Made by a program: the position numbers and the translations under genes | The notes under the pieces: model-generated | Databases searched by the model: none | What the model was told of the DNA's origin: nothing | The model's input: only the letters and a program-made list of their open reading frames with translations | In this document: piece after piece, positions 20,518-32,429 of the stretch | How the letters are laid out: each line of letters begins with the position of its first letter | Position numbering within the stretch: position 1 is the first letter of the stretch | Source of the DNA: a bacterium | GTDB lineage: Bacteria; Spirochaetota; Spirochaetia; Treponematales; Treponemataceae | Reading direction: 5' to 3' | Length of the DNA: 58,327 bases | Assembly (NCBI GenBank): GCA_963601995.1 | Contig: CAVCIJ010000088.1 | Coordinates: 1 to 58,327, forward strand

Positions 20518-21834
20518 TTATCTTTTAATTGCTAACTTTTTAGTTTTCTTAATTGTAGAAGCAAAATATTTTATTGAATCAACTCGTTCATAATTTGCTT
20601 TAAAATTCTTTAAATAATTATGATTATTGATTAACTGAACGAATTCATCAAAAAGAAAACTTGTATCAAGCGGACCAGAACATGCTTCCGGATGAAATTG
20701 AACACTGAATGCAGGAATTTTTGTATAAGTAATTCCCTCGCAAGTTCCATCATTTGTATTTACAAAACTTAAAACTGCACCGTCAGGAAGACTTTCGTTT
20801 TTAACTGCATATCCGTGATTTTGAGAAGAGATATAAACTCTTCCTGTAGAAAGATGCTTTACAGGCTGATTTGCACCACGGTGACCATATTTTAATTTCA
20901 TCGTTTCAGCACCATTTGCCAAAGCCAAAAGCTGATGTCCAAGACAAATTCCAAAAACTGGAATTCCTGTTTTTAACAATTTTTTTATTTCTTCAATGAT
21001 TTCAACGTTTTCTGCAGGATCTCCAGGACCGTTGCTAAGCATAATTCCGTCTGGATTTAAAGCAGCAATTTCCTTTGCCGTATAAGAACTTGGAACTGTA
21101 ATAACTTCAAGACCACGCTTTAACAGTTCACGCCGAATATTTGCCTTTGCCCCAAAATCCCAAAGCACAACCTTTTTTCCTTTACCATCGCGCATTGCAA
21201 CAGCTGGATCATTTTCTTTTGTTCCGTCAGCTCTAACAGGAACAAAACGATATTTTGCACTTTCAGAAAAAACCACATCAGCAGGCTCTTCTATTGGACT
21301 AGCACTTCCAGTCACAGAAGAAACAGCATTTTCAATTTTATAAGACTTTATTTTTTTAAGAAGAATTTTCTTTGAATTTTCATCTCTTAATGAATTAAAA
21401 GCATTTTTTGCTTCGTCAGAATCTCCTGAAATCAGCATTCCGTTCATAACGCCAACTTCGCGCAAAACCTTTGTTAAAGCTCTTGTATCAATATCATAAA
21501 GGCCGATTATGTTTTGAGATTTCAGGTAGGAATCCAAGTCACCTTGATTTCTAAAATTTGACGGTTGCTCGCACCACGAACGCACAATGTATCCTTTTAG
21601 ATTACATTTTGCACTCTCAAAATCACTTGGAATTATTCCGTAATTTCCAATAAGCGGAAATGTCTGAGTAACAATTTGGCCGTAATAACTTGGATCTGTT
21701 AAGGTTTCTATATAACCATTCATTCCAGTTGTAAATACCGCTTCTCCAACAATAACTCCCGAAGCACCAAAACTTTTTCCTTCAAAGACTTGTCCATTAG
21801 CGAGGACTAAAACCGCTTTACTAGAATTTATCAT
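20518..21834 (-). CDS. carA: Carbamoyl-phosphate synthase small subunit
   Basis: FGICLGHQ, SNGPGDP, SVQFHPE. Start probably 21834 (MINSSKAVLVL). Confidence 0.95.
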   Translation of the reverse strand: MINSSKAVLVLANGQVFEGKSFGASGVIVGEAVFTTGMNGYIETLTDPSYYGQIVTQTFPLIGNYGIIPSDFESAKCNLKGYIVRSWCEQPSNFRNQGDLDSYLKSQNIIGLYDIDTRALTKVLREVGVMNGMLISGDSDEAKNAFNSLRDENSKKILLKKIKSYKIENAVSSVTGSASPIEEPADVVFSESAKYRFVPVRADGTKENDPAVAMRDGKGKKVVLWDFGAKANIRRELLKRGLEVITVPSSYTAKEIAALNPDGIMLSNGPGDPAENVEIIEEIKKLLKTGIPVFGICLGHQLLALANGAETMKLKYGHRGANQPVKHLSTGRVYISSQNHGYAVKNESLPDGAVLSFVNTNDGTCEGITYTKIPAFSVQFHPEACSGPLDTSFLFDEFVQLINNHNYLKNFKANYERVDSIKYFASTIKKTKKLAIKR

Positions 21835-22063
21835 ACTAGGATTTGAGTATATTGAATTTCTTATAAATTGTACATATAAGCACAAAAAATTTAAAACTGA
21901 CAAAAATCATAATCCAATCAAAAATAAAATCTACTTACAATGTAAAACTGTCGCAGCACAGCAAAATTTAACTCTATCAGCATTTCCAGGTCAAAATAAG
22001 ATTGTATAATTGAAAAATAAAAATTATTATTTACGAGATTTTGAATTTTCAGGAGCGATTTAT

Positions 22064-23158
22064 ATGAAAAATTTATATGAAATAGGACAAATGATTGAAA
22101 CTAAAATTGTTGCAATTTCTGACGATACAATTTTTTTAGATTTAGGCTTAAAAAGTGAAGGAATTTTAGACAAATCAGAACTAACAGATGAAAATGGAAA
22201 TCTTTCTGTAAAAGAAGGCGATTCTATAAAAGTTTATTTTGTTGGAAGTCAAAACGAAGAACTTCATTTTACAACAAAACTCAGTGGTCAAAATGCAGAT
22301 TCTTCTATTTTAGAAAATGCCTGTAAAAATGAAATTCCAGTTGAAGGGCATGTTACAAAAGAAATTAAAGGCGGATTTGAAGTTATGATTGGAAACAATC
22401 GTGCTTTTTGTCCTTACTCACAAATGGGCTACAAACAAAGAAAAGAACCTGCTGAATACATAGGAGAACATTTAACTTTTAAAATTTCTGAATATAAAAA
22501 TGACGGAAAAAATATCGTTGTTTCAAACAGAGCAATTCTTGTATCGCAGGAAAATGAAAAGAAAAATGAACTTTCAAAAAAAATTCAACTCGATGCAATT
22601 GTAAAAGGAAAAGTAAAATCCATTGAATCTTACGGAGCTTTTATTGATTTGGACGGATTTCAAGCCTTACTTCCAATTTCTGAAATTTCACATTTAAGAA
22701 TCAGCAATGTTTCCGACGTATTAAAACCTGGACAAGAAATTTCAGCAAAAGTTATAAAAGCAGATTGGGAGCACGAAAGAGTTTCCCTAAGTATGAAAGA
22801 GCTTGAAAAAGACCCATGGGAAAATGCAGCTTCCATTAATGAAGATGATGTTTTTGAAGATGCAAAAATTTCGCGCGTTACAGATTTTGGTGTTTTTGTA
22901 AATTTATTGCCTGGAGTAGATGGTCTTGTTCACATTTCAAAGTTAAATGTTGAACGAAACACAAATCTAAAAAAAGTTTACAAAGCCGGAGACAAGATGT
23001 CTGTTACTGTAGAAAAAGTTGATTTGGAAGAAAGAAGAATTTCTCTTGCGCCAATAACTTCAAATGAAAAAGAAAGCGTAAGTGAATATCTTTCAAGCCA
23101 TAATTCTGACAGTAGCGGAGAAACTTATAATCCGTTTGCAAAATTTTTAAAGAAATAA
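22064..23158 (+). CDS. Ribosomal protein S1-like protein (4 S1 domains)
   Basis: Repeated S1 motifs (FGVFVNL..GVDGLVHIS; YGAFIDL). ATG at 22064 follows AGGAG. Confidence 0.85.
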   Translation: MKNLYEIGQMIETKIVAISDDTIFLDLGLKSEGILDKSELTDENGNLSVKEGDSIKVYFVGSQNEELHFTTKLSGQNADSSILENACKNEIPVEGHVTKEIKGGFEVMIGNNRAFCPYSQMGYKQRKEPAEYIGEHLTFKISEYKNDGKNIVVSNRAILVSQENEKKNELSKKIQLDAIVKGKVKSIESYGAFIDLDGFQALLPISEISHLRISNVSDVLKPGQEISAKVIKADWEHERVSLSMKELEKDPWENAASINEDDVFEDAKISRVTDFGVFVNLLPGVDGLVHISKLNVERNTNLKKVYKAGDKMSVTVEKVDLEERRISLAPITSNEKESVSEYLSSHNSDSSGETYNPFAKFLKK

Positions 23159-23175
23159 TTTTTTTGATAAACAAA

Positions 23176-23218
23176 ATTTTGCATCTGTGGAATAAAATTT
23201 CTTCTACAGATGCAAAAT
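23176..23218. terminator. Inverted repeat between convergent genes
   Basis: attttgcatctgt/acagatgcaaaat stem. Confidence 0.7.
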
Positions 23219-23229
23219 AAAAAAAAGCC

Positions 23230-24435
23230 TTAAACTTCCTTCAAAGCCAAATTTATTTCATTCATAGAAATTTCATTTTTTCCACTTTGTGACAAAATCA
23301 AAGCAGCCTTATTCAAAACACTTTCTATCTTTGCACACGAAAATCCTTTAAATTTTACAGCCAAATTTTCAACAGAACAATCAGAAGCTAAAATCTTGTC
23401 TTTTGAATACATTTTTATCAAATCGCGGCGTGCATTTTCGTCTGGGAACGGAACTTCAATTTTTGCATCAAAACGACCTGGTCTTACCAAAGCCTCATCA
23501 AGTGCAGAAATACTGTTTGTTGCCGCAAGAACCAAAATTCCCTGATTTGCATCAAATCCATCAAGTTCATTTAAAAGTGCTGTAACAATTCGCGTATTTT
23601 CAGTTTCAATTGCAGAACCAGAATAATTTCTTCGCGTTCCAATTCCGTCAAATTCATCAATAAAAACAATACACGGTGTTTTTCGTCTTGCCTTTTTAAA
23701 TAAAAGTTTTACTTTCATCGGACCTATCGCCATAAACATACTTTCAAAATCTGTTGCCTTAGCCGGAATAAAATTTACCTTAGCTTCGCCGGCAAGTGCT
23801 TTTGCAAAAAGAGTTTTTCCGTTTCCCGGCTGACCAGAAAGCAAAATTCCTTTTGGCATACGAATTCCCTTTTTTGCATAAATTTCAGGATTTTTCATAA
23901 TATCCATAATTTGAATCATATATTTTTTCAAAGAATCCATTCCAACAATATCTTTAAAAGTCTTTCCTGTTTTATGAACAACTTTAAATGTATTCGGCGA
24001 AATAAATTTCACAAAAACAAAAATAATAACTGCAAAAAATATTATGTAAAAAACAGCGTCTAAAATTGAAGTAAAAATTTTGTCATAATCTTTTTTTTCA
24101 GAAACCTTAACTCCATTAAGCAAAAGAAATTCTTTTAAATTCGTAGAATCAGGATTTTCTGTATAAAAATCAATTTCTGAATTTTTTACATCGGATTTTG
24201 AATTTTCACTGTCAGAAATTTCATTTTTCAGGTGAAAAACAATTTTATCTTTTTCTATGCAAACATCATAAATTTTATTTTGCTCTGCTAATTCATAAAA
24301 AGTTTTGTAATCGTAAAAATTACCATTCTTTTTACCAAACAAAGATAAAATTTCATCATCAAAAATAAAAAATACTGCTGCAATTAAAATAAAAATAATT
24401 AAAACCGAAAATTTAGCATTTTTGTGTTTTGTCAT
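23230..24435 (-). CDS. FtsH-like membrane AAA+ ATPase lacking the protease domain
   Basis: Two TM segments; GQPGNGKT, IVFIDE, ALVRPGRFD; ends after the AAA lid with no HExxH. Confidence 0.85.
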   Translation of the reverse strand: MTKHKNAKFSVLIIFILIAAVFFIFDDEILSLFGKKNGNFYDYKTFYELAEQNKIYDVCIEKDKIVFHLKNEISDSENSKSDVKNSEIDFYTENPDSTNLKEFLLLNGVKVSEKKDYDKIFTSILDAVFYIIFFAVIIFVFVKFISPNTFKVVHKTGKTFKDIVGMDSLKKYMIQIMDIMKNPEIYAKKGIRMPKGILLSGQPGNGKTLFAKALAGEAKVNFIPAKATDFESMFMAIGPMKVKLLFKKARRKTPCIVFIDEFDGIGTRRNYSGSAIETENTRIVTALLNELDGFDANQGILVLAATNSISALDEALVRPGRFDAKIEVPFPDENARRDLIKMYSKDKILASDCSVENLAVKFKGFSCAKIESVLNKAALILSQSGKNEISMNEINLALKEV

Positions 24436-24719
24436 AATAAAAAAATATAGATAAATTTATTTTTCATATCATCTAAAAAATCAAAATCTCCAAACAGAAA
24501 ATTTTCTTAGAAACGCACCACACAAAATCCTCGCTTCTATAAAAAAAACTTTGCATAATAACGAGGATTTTTTTTGAAAAACAAATTTGTCAGTAAACTC
24601 AGCCTCCGAATTCGTCATATCTTAAACGTATTTAGAAAAAAAACAACTTCCTAGACAATATAAATGCTTTTTATTAAAATGGTGTGCTATCTATATAGAA
24701 GAAATTTAAAGAGGAAGTT

Positions 24720-27101
24720 ATGCCAAAAATTGAAGTCAACGAAAAATTATTTTTTAATCTTCTTGGAACAAAATACGATTGGGATACATTTGAAAAAAAA
24801 CTCACTTTTGCAAAAGCAGAACTTGATGAAAAGCCTAACGAAAATGAAAGCGAAGATGAACGCGTTATAAAAATTGAACTTAATGACACAAATCGTCCTG
24901 ATTTGTGGGCAGCTGGTGGTCTTGCAAGATGTCTTCGCGAACACGAAGGAAGCAAACACTCAGATTACAGCAAATTTCTTTCAAGTAAAAACAATTTAAA
25001 AGATACAGCAAACAGACTTGCAATCGTTGATTCTTCATTAAAAAATATTCGTCCATTTATGGTTGCATTTGTTATCAGCGGTAAGGCAATTGATAATGCA
25101 ATGCTGATTGACATTATGCAAACTCAGGAAAAACTTGCATGGAATTTTGGAAGAAAAAGAAAATCACTTTCTATGGGAGTTTACCGTGCACAAAACTTAA
25201 AATGGCCGGTTCATTTCACAGCAGATGATCCAAATTCAGTAAGTTTTGTTCCGCTTCAGAGCGATAAAAAAATGACACTTCGCGAAATTATAGAAACTCA
25301 TCCAAAAGGAAAAGAATACGGCTGGATTCTAAAAAATTGTGATAAATATCCAGTTCTCCACGATGATTCTGGCGAAATTATGAGTATGAGTCCTATTATC
25401 AACAGTTCAACACTTGGTCAGATTGAAGTGGGCGACAAAGAATTAATGGTTGAACTTACTGGCGATAATATGGAAAATCTTATGCTTGCGGCAAATATTG
25501 TTGCATGCGACTTCTTTGATGCAGGATATGAAATTCTTCCAGTAAAAGTTCATCACGAATACGAAACAGAATTTGGAAAAGATATAATAGTTCCTTATTA
25601 TTTCCAGCAGCCAACAAAGTCTCATCTTTCTGCAATAAATAAAAAACTTGGTGTTGACCTAACAAAAAATGAAGTTATAAAAGCACTTGAACTGATGGGA
25701 AGCAAAGTTGAATCTCAAGATATTCCTGCAGAAGAAAATAATAAGGCTTATTTAAAAACGAATCAAAATGACGTTCTCTTTACATTGATTCCAGCTCCAT
25801 ACCGAAATGATTTTTTGCACGAAGTTGATATTATTGAAGACGTAATGATTGGACGCGGACTTGATACATTTGAACCAACTGCACCAAATGATTCTACAAT
25901 CGGTCGTCTATTGCCAATCACAAATTACAGCAGAAAAGTAAAAAATATTATGGTCGGTCTTGGATATCAGGAAATGATTTTCAATTATCTCGGTTCAAAA
26001 AGAACTTATATCGACAATATGGGAATTGATGGAAAAAATGTAATTGAAATAGCAAATCCAATGAGCGAAAATTACCAGTTTGTGCGCCCGTCAATTATAG
26101 CATCCTTGTTCGAAGCTGAATCACAAAGTGCAAACGCTGTTTACCCTCACAAAATTTTTGAAGTTGGAAAAGTTGCATTTATCGATCCAAGTGAAAATAC
26201 TGGAACTAAAACAATTCAGTCTTTAGGATTTCTTACAGCATCAAACAATGCAAATTTCAACGAAGCAGCAAGCGAAGTAAGCACCTTGCTTTATTATCTC
26301 GATCACAAATACGAGGTAAAAGAAACAGATGATCCACGCTTTATTCCAGGACGTCAGGCAGGAATTATGGTTCATGGAAAGCAAGTTGGAATTTTTGGAG
26401 AAATTCACCCTCAAATTCTCGAAAACTGGCAGGTTGGAGTTCCTTGTGTTGCCGGAGAAATGGACTTAGAGTATTTAATGGCGACTGAACCTAAGGAACA
26501 TCAAAAATCAGTTCATAAAACTGAAGAAAATCAAAAAAATCCGCAAAAAAAGGAATCTTCAGCAAAAGAAAAATCGCAAAGTGAACAATCAAAATTTGCA
26601 GAAAATCAGGTTGAGCACTTTAACAAATATGTAGAATTAAAAGTTGCAAAAGTTGTTGATATAAAATGCAATCCTGAAGGTGAAAAACTTTACATTGAAA
26701 CTTTAGATGACGGAAGCGGAACACCTCGTATTATTCAATCAGGTTTACGTCCTTATCTGAAAGAAGATGAAATTCTTGGTAAAAATGTAATTATTGCAGC
26801 AAATCTGACTCCACGAAAAATGCGCGGAGTTGAAAGTCACGGAATGTTACTTGCAGCTGATTATACAGAAGATGGACAGGGAAAAGTTGAACTTCTAACA
26901 GCACCTTGGGCTGCTCCAGGAACTCAAGTTGTTCTTGAAGGCACACAACCATGTTCAAAGCCTGAAAAAATCGACATTGATCGTTTTTGCAAGATTGAAT
27001 ATAAAATTGAAAATTTCAGTGCAACGGCTGCCGGCAAAAAACTTTATGCAGACGGAAAAGTCATTACAACAGAAAAAACAAAGGACGGCGAAATCTCTTA
27101 A
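24720..27101 (+). CDS. pheT: Phenylalanine--tRNA ligase beta subunit (archaeal type) with C-terminal tRNA-binding OB domain
   Basis: NDTNRPDLW, PYRNDFLHEVDIIEDV, FIPGRQA; C-terminal ANLTPRKMRGVESHGMLLAA. Confidence 0.93.
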   Translation: MPKIEVNEKLFFNLLGTKYDWDTFEKKLTFAKAELDEKPNENESEDERVIKIELNDTNRPDLWAAGGLARCLREHEGSKHSDYSKFLSSKNNLKDTANRLAIVDSSLKNIRPFMVAFVISGKAIDNAMLIDIMQTQEKLAWNFGRKRKSLSMGVYRAQNLKWPVHFTADDPNSVSFVPLQSDKKMTLREIIETHPKGKEYGWILKNCDKYPVLHDDSGEIMSMSPIINSSTLGQIEVGDKELMVELTGDNMENLMLAANIVACDFFDAGYEILPVKVHHEYETEFGKDIIVPYYFQQPTKSHLSAINKKLGVDLTKNEVIKALELMGSKVESQDIPAEENNKAYLKTNQNDVLFTLIPAPYRNDFLHEVDIIEDVMIGRGLDTFEPTAPNDSTIGRLLPITNYSRKVKNIMVGLGYQEMIFNYLGSKRTYIDNMGIDGKNVIEIANPMSENYQFVRPSIIASLFEAESQSANAVYPHKIFEVGKVAFIDPSENTGTKTIQSLGFLTASNNANFNEAASEVSTLLYYLDHKYEVKETDDPRFIPGRQAGIMVHGKQVGIFGEIHPQILENWQVGVPCVAGEMDLEYLMATEPKEHQKSVHKTEENQKNPQKKESSAKEKSQSEQSKFAENQVEHFNKYVELKVAKVVDIKCNPEGEKLYIETLDDGSGTPRIIQSGLRPYLKEDEILGKNVIIAANLTPRKMRGVESHGMLLAADYTEDGQGKVELLTAPWAAPGTQVVLEGTQPCSKPEKIDIDRFCKIEYKIENFSATAAGKKLYADGKVITTEKTKDGEIS

Positions 27102-27122
27102 TAAAAAAAATACAAATTAAAC

Positions 27123-27228
27123 AAAAAAGACGCAGTTTCAAAAATAAGGCTGCGTTTTTTTTGTTTTAAATTTTTTTCAATAAAAAAACGCCCGTTTGCA
27201 AGACAAAATCTCACTCACGGGCGTTTTT
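27123..27228. terminator. Two terminator hairpins between convergent pheT and eno
   Basis: gacgcagttt/ggctgcgttt followed by T-run; aaaaacgcccgt/acgggcgttttt. Confidence 0.75.
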
Positions 27229-27255
27229 AAGATTTTTTAGTAATTATACAAAAAC

Positions 27256-28587
<1,332 letters not shown>

Positions 28588-28682
28588 TTACTTTAGTTAG
28601 CATAGACTAATAATAAAATACAAAATAATCAAGCAATAATCTACTGACTAAAAATGATTATACGGATTAAAAATGAATTCAT

Positions 28683-29288
28683 TTATTCAAAAACACGTGC
28701 CGTAAATTCAACAGAAAATTTTCCATTTTCATATTTAACCAAATTTAAACCACAGTTTGGAATTTTTACCGAAGCAAATTTTTGCACAGGCCAATTACAA
28801 AATTCTTTCAGCAAACCACGAACAACGCCACCATGACATACAATCAGAATATTTTTACAATCATTCTTCTTCAAATCTTCTATAAATCTGTCAATTCTTC
28901 CAAAGAAACTTTCATATGATTCAGCACCAAAATCAGCTTTATATTCCAGCGGATTCAAAAACCAATTCTTCAAATTCGAAAATTTTGGATTTTCTTTAAG
29001 TTCAGCAAAAGTATGCCCTTCTGCACTTCCAAAAGAAAATTCTCTTATTCTATCATCAAGCACAATCGGAGCTGCAGAATATTCGTTCATAATTTCCGCA
29101 GTTTTTTTTGCCCTTACAAGCGGACTCGAATAAATTTTGTCAAAAACAATTCCATTTTTAAAAACAGCCACACTAACCTCTTGTGCAAGTTTAATTCCTT
29201 CTTGATTCAGAGGAACATCTGTAGAACCCTGAATTCTAAGTTCCTTATTCCAGTCAGTTTCTCCGTGACGCATAAAATAAATATTCAT
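28683..29288 (-). CDS. Histidine phosphatase / phosphoglycerate mutase family protein
   Basis: RHGET, SSPLVRA, VCHGGV. Confidence 0.9.
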   Translation of the reverse strand: MNIYFMRHGETDWNKELRIQGSTDVPLNQEGIKLAQEVSVAVFKNGIVFDKIYSSPLVRAKKTAEIMNEYSAAPIVLDDRIREFSFGSAEGHTFAELKENPKFSNLKNWFLNPLEYKADFGAESYESFFGRIDRFIEDLKKNDCKNILIVCHGGVVRGLLKEFCNWPVQKFASVKIPNCGLNLVKYENGKFSVEFTARVFE

Positions 29289-29323
29289 AGAACAACTTTA
29301 TCAAAAAAATCACACTGTATCAA
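29289..29323 (-). promoter_or_regulatory. Sigma70 promoter giving a leaderless transcript
   Basis: TTGATA-17bp-TAAAGT with extended TG, then 6 nt to the ATG; no SD. Confidence 0.65.
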
Positions 29324-29368
29324 AATCAAAATAAAATCTAGAATAAAAAAAATATTTAGGAAAAATTT

Positions 29369-29560
29369 ATGGACGATGAAGAGTATTACGAAAAAATGCG
29401 AAATCATAATCTCAATAAAATAAAAATTTCTCACTTAACAAAAAAATCAAAATATTCAACGTGGAAAATCAATCAAGGTCGTGAAGACGCTGAAATGCTG
29501 CAAGAAAAAAATTCTCTTACCGAATTTGAAAAAAACAATTTCGAACTTGAAGATAACTAA
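29369..29560 (+). CDS. Possible small hypothetical protein (63 aa)
   Basis: ATG preceded by AGGA; hydrophilic; no recognisable motif. Confidence 0.35.
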   Translation: MDDEEYYEKMRNHNLNKIKISHLTKKSKYSTWKINQGREDAEMLQEKNSLTEFEKNNFELEDN

Positions 29561-29590
29561 TTTTTTATTTTTGCGCAAATTTTTTTTGTA

Positions 29591-29667
29591 GCCGGCGTGT
29601 CAGGGCTTGCTAACGCGCGGTATTTTTGCTTCGCAAAAACACTACCTTCGGTACCCTTCTATGCCGG
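29591..29667. repeat. GC-rich structured REP-like element, copy A
   Basis: Terminal ccggcgt/atgccgg; internal tttttgcttcgcaaaaa hairpin; similar to the reverse complement of 57333-57406. Confidence 0.6.
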
Positions 29668-29793
29668 AGCGAATTTTTCTTTTCAACAAAATAGAATTTT
29701 CAAAAACAAAAATTTTTTATTTTTTCACTTTAATAAATACACGCTAAATAAACTTGCAAAAACAATTATAATTTTATATACTAACTTTCACTT

Positions 29794-29881
29794 GCCGAGA
29801 TGGTGGAATTGGTAGACACAAGGGACTTAAAATCCCTCGACAGCTAATACCGTCGTGCCAGTTCGATTCTGGTTCTCGGCA
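29794..29881 (+). tRNA. tRNA-Leu(TAA)
   Basis: Acceptor gccgaga/tctcggc; D-arm with GG; anticodon arm aggga-cTTAAaa-tccct; long variable arm; GTTCGA T-loop; CCA not encoded. Confidence 0.97.
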
Positions 29882-29883
29882 GC

Positions 29884-29917
29884 AAGAGCTAATCTGAAAA
29901 GGTTAGCTCTTTTTTTA
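29884..29917 (+). terminator. Intrinsic terminator after tRNA-Leu
   Basis: aagagctaat/gttagctctt stem followed by T-run. Confidence 0.85.
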
Positions 29918-30019
29918 TTTCGCACTAAAATAATATCATAAATAAAATCCCTATACTAATAAATAGTTATAAATTTCTAAATTATTGACAGCAACCTTAA
30001 CCTTCGCAATAATAAATTT

Positions 30020-31375
30020 ATGCAAGAAACTAATATTCATAACAAAGCAAACAGTATTCGTGACGTTATCCGCTATTTAAAAAGATTTAAAAATGCTCTT
30101 GTAATTATTTACATCGATGAAGAAACTATAGATTCTCCACTTTTTATAAATCATATCAGAGACATTTGTCTTATCCACGAATCAGGTATTCGAGTAATTC
30201 TTGTACCCGGCGCAAAAAAAAGAATTGATGAAATTCTTTCAAAAAATAATATTTCCTGGTCTTTCCACAATAACTGTAGAATCACTGGAGAAGAAGCAAT
30301 TCCTCTAATAAAAATGGCAGCTTTTGATGTTTCCAATCAAATTATGACAGCTTTTGCCGGCGAAAAAATTGGTGCTGTAATTGGTAACTGGGTTCGTTCT
30401 CGTGGCAAAGGTGTCATCAACGGATTTGATTATGGTTCCAGCGGAGAAATTGACAAACTTGATGTAGAATCTATAAACAAAATTTTAGACAACAGATTTA
30501 TTCCTATCTTTCCTTGCATCGGATGGAGCATTGCAGGAAAACCATACAATATTTCTTCTATCGAACTTTCTGAACAAATTGCAACTCACCTAAAAGCAGA
30601 CAAACTTTTCTTTCTTGTAAAAGATGCTGTTATTAACGACTGTTCATTCATAATTCCAAAATCTATAAGTGTTAGTCCAGATGGAAATATTCCAGCAATG
30701 AGTCTAGACGAGACTGAACTTTTTATAAAAACTAACAAACATTCATTAGCTAATAAAACAACTAACAATCAATCGTTAGTTGAAAAAATTTTAAACCTTC
30801 TCGAACTAGCAAAATCAGCTTGTTCACAAGGTGTTACAAGGACTCATATTTTAAACGGATCTTTTGATGGAAGCATTCCATGTGAAATATTCAGCGACTT
30901 TGGTTCAGGAACAATGATTTACAAGGAAAACTATGGAAAAATCCGCGAAATGACTTTTGATGATATAGGAACAGTTTTGTCCCTTATGCAACCATTTGTT
31001 AACAAAGGAATCTTACTTCCTCGTACAAAAGAAGATTTATCTCTCAACTATAAATATTACATTGTTTATGAACTTGATGGAGCAATCAGGGCCTGTGCAT
31101 CTTTAATTCCGTATAAGGATGGGCAATTGGAAATTGCAGGCGTTACTGTAGCCCAAGATTATTCAAAGATAGGAATTGGTCCTATGCTTATAAAAAATTT
31201 AATTCAAAAAGGAAAAGATAGGCATGCAAAAAGTATATTTTTGCTCACAACACAAACATCAGATTGGTTTGAAAGTTTAAATTTCAAAACAGATTCTATT
31301 GATTCAATTCCAGAAGAAAGAAAGAAACTTTGGACAAAAGATCGCGGTTCAAAAGTAATGCGTTTGCAAATATAA
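30020..31375 (+). CDS. argA: Amino-acid N-acetyltransferase (N-acetylglutamate synthase, AAK + GNAT domains)
   Basis: AAK domain (GVTRTHILNG, EIFSDFGSGTM) and GNAT domain (GILLPRT, IFLLTTQTSDWF, RGSKV). Confidence 0.9.
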   Translation: MQETNIHNKANSIRDVIRYLKRFKNALVIIYIDEETIDSPLFINHIRDICLIHESGIRVILVPGAKKRIDEILSKNNISWSFHNNCRITGEEAIPLIKMAAFDVSNQIMTAFAGEKIGAVIGNWVRSRGKGVINGFDYGSSGEIDKLDVESINKILDNRFIPIFPCIGWSIAGKPYNISSIELSEQIATHLKADKLFFLVKDAVINDCSFIIPKSISVSPDGNIPAMSLDETELFIKTNKHSLANKTTNNQSLVEKILNLLELAKSACSQGVTRTHILNGSFDGSIPCEIFSDFGSGTMIYKENYGKIREMTFDDIGTVLSLMQPFVNKGILLPRTKEDLSLNYKYYIVYELDGAIRACASLIPYKDGQLEIAGVTVAQDYSKIGIGPMLIKNLIQKGKDRHAKSIFLLTTQTSDWFESLNFKTDSIDSIPEERKKLWTKDRGSKVMRLQI

Positions 31376-31377
31376 AA

Positions 31378-32422
31378 GTTTTCACGTGAAACATTTATTA
31401 CTTTTTCCTAAGCTTTTCTAAAAACAGCATATTTTTTTATTAGAAAAAGTATGCTGTTTTTATTCTTTTTATACTTATTTTAAATTCACATCAGGAAAAG
31501 ATTTACCAAAGTTTTAAATTTAAAAAGCTTATATCACAAAAAAAATCACTGTAAAATCATTCATCATTATTTCAATATCACAGTAGTAAACAACATAAAA
31601 AAAATTCATCATGATTCAACTTAACATTTGGCTTTTTATATTTCTATAATCATCAGCTACATAAATAAACCACAAAATAAGATTTCTTGTAAAATAACGA
31701 AACTTAGATTACTTAGTATTAAAAATCAGATAATAAAATATCTTTTACAAATTAACAAAATTAGTCCAAGCCATAAAAATCTAAAAAAATGTTTCACGTG
31801 TTACAATAAAAAAAAGAGCTGGAGTAATTTACTTCTAAAAGAAATAAGAAAAATCTACAGTTTTTTTAGAATTTGAAAAATTATATAATAAAGAAAGCTT
31901 CTTATTTATTAAAAAAAATTACACCAAAAAACACTAATCAACTCATCTTTTCTACTTTAAATTTTTGATGAAAAAATTCTTCCAAAAGACAGGAAAGAAT
32001 AAAAATACATATTTCTAACATTTTTATTCAATCTCAGAAAAAAATTGTTTCACATATTACAAAAAAAAGATTTAACTTTTCTTTTCTCAAATCTAAAAAA
32101 AAATTCAACTACTGTAATTTCAAAAATATCGAAAGAAAAATCAAAATTTTGAATTTCTATATTTCATAAAAAAAATTATTTTTCATTACAAAAAATATCA
32201 AAATATGTTTCACGTGCAACTTTTTCAGCATAGTATGATTCGTAAACTATAAACAGGCTTTGTATACAAATATCTAAAAAATTCAAAAAAAAACTTTCAC
32301 AATTAAATTAAATAAAAACTTTAGCACTTATAATAATATTTGTTTCACAGAAAAGAAATAAATTTTTCATTCAACATATTCTCTCTAATTTTAACAAATT
32401 ATAAAATGTTTCACGTAAAACA
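31378..32422. promoter_or_regulatory. parS: parS centromere cluster
   Basis: Matches to TGTTTCACGTGAAACA at 31378 (14/16), 31790 (14/16), 32046 (12/16), 32206 (14/16), 32407 (15/16); half-site at 32341. Confidence 0.85.
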
Positions 32423-32429
32423 TTTTCAC

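Noticed and set aside
24520..24720. T-box leader upstream of pheT
   Set aside because: A hairpin with T-run is present (aaaatcctcg/cgaggatttt), but no GGTGGNACC T-box core.
29597..29815. 72-aa ORF
   Set aside because: Runs through a repeat element, a promoter and tRNA-Leu.
31628..31876. 82-aa ORF in the parS block
   Set aside because: TTG start, no RBS, composition reflects AT-rich DNA, and it overlaps a parS site.
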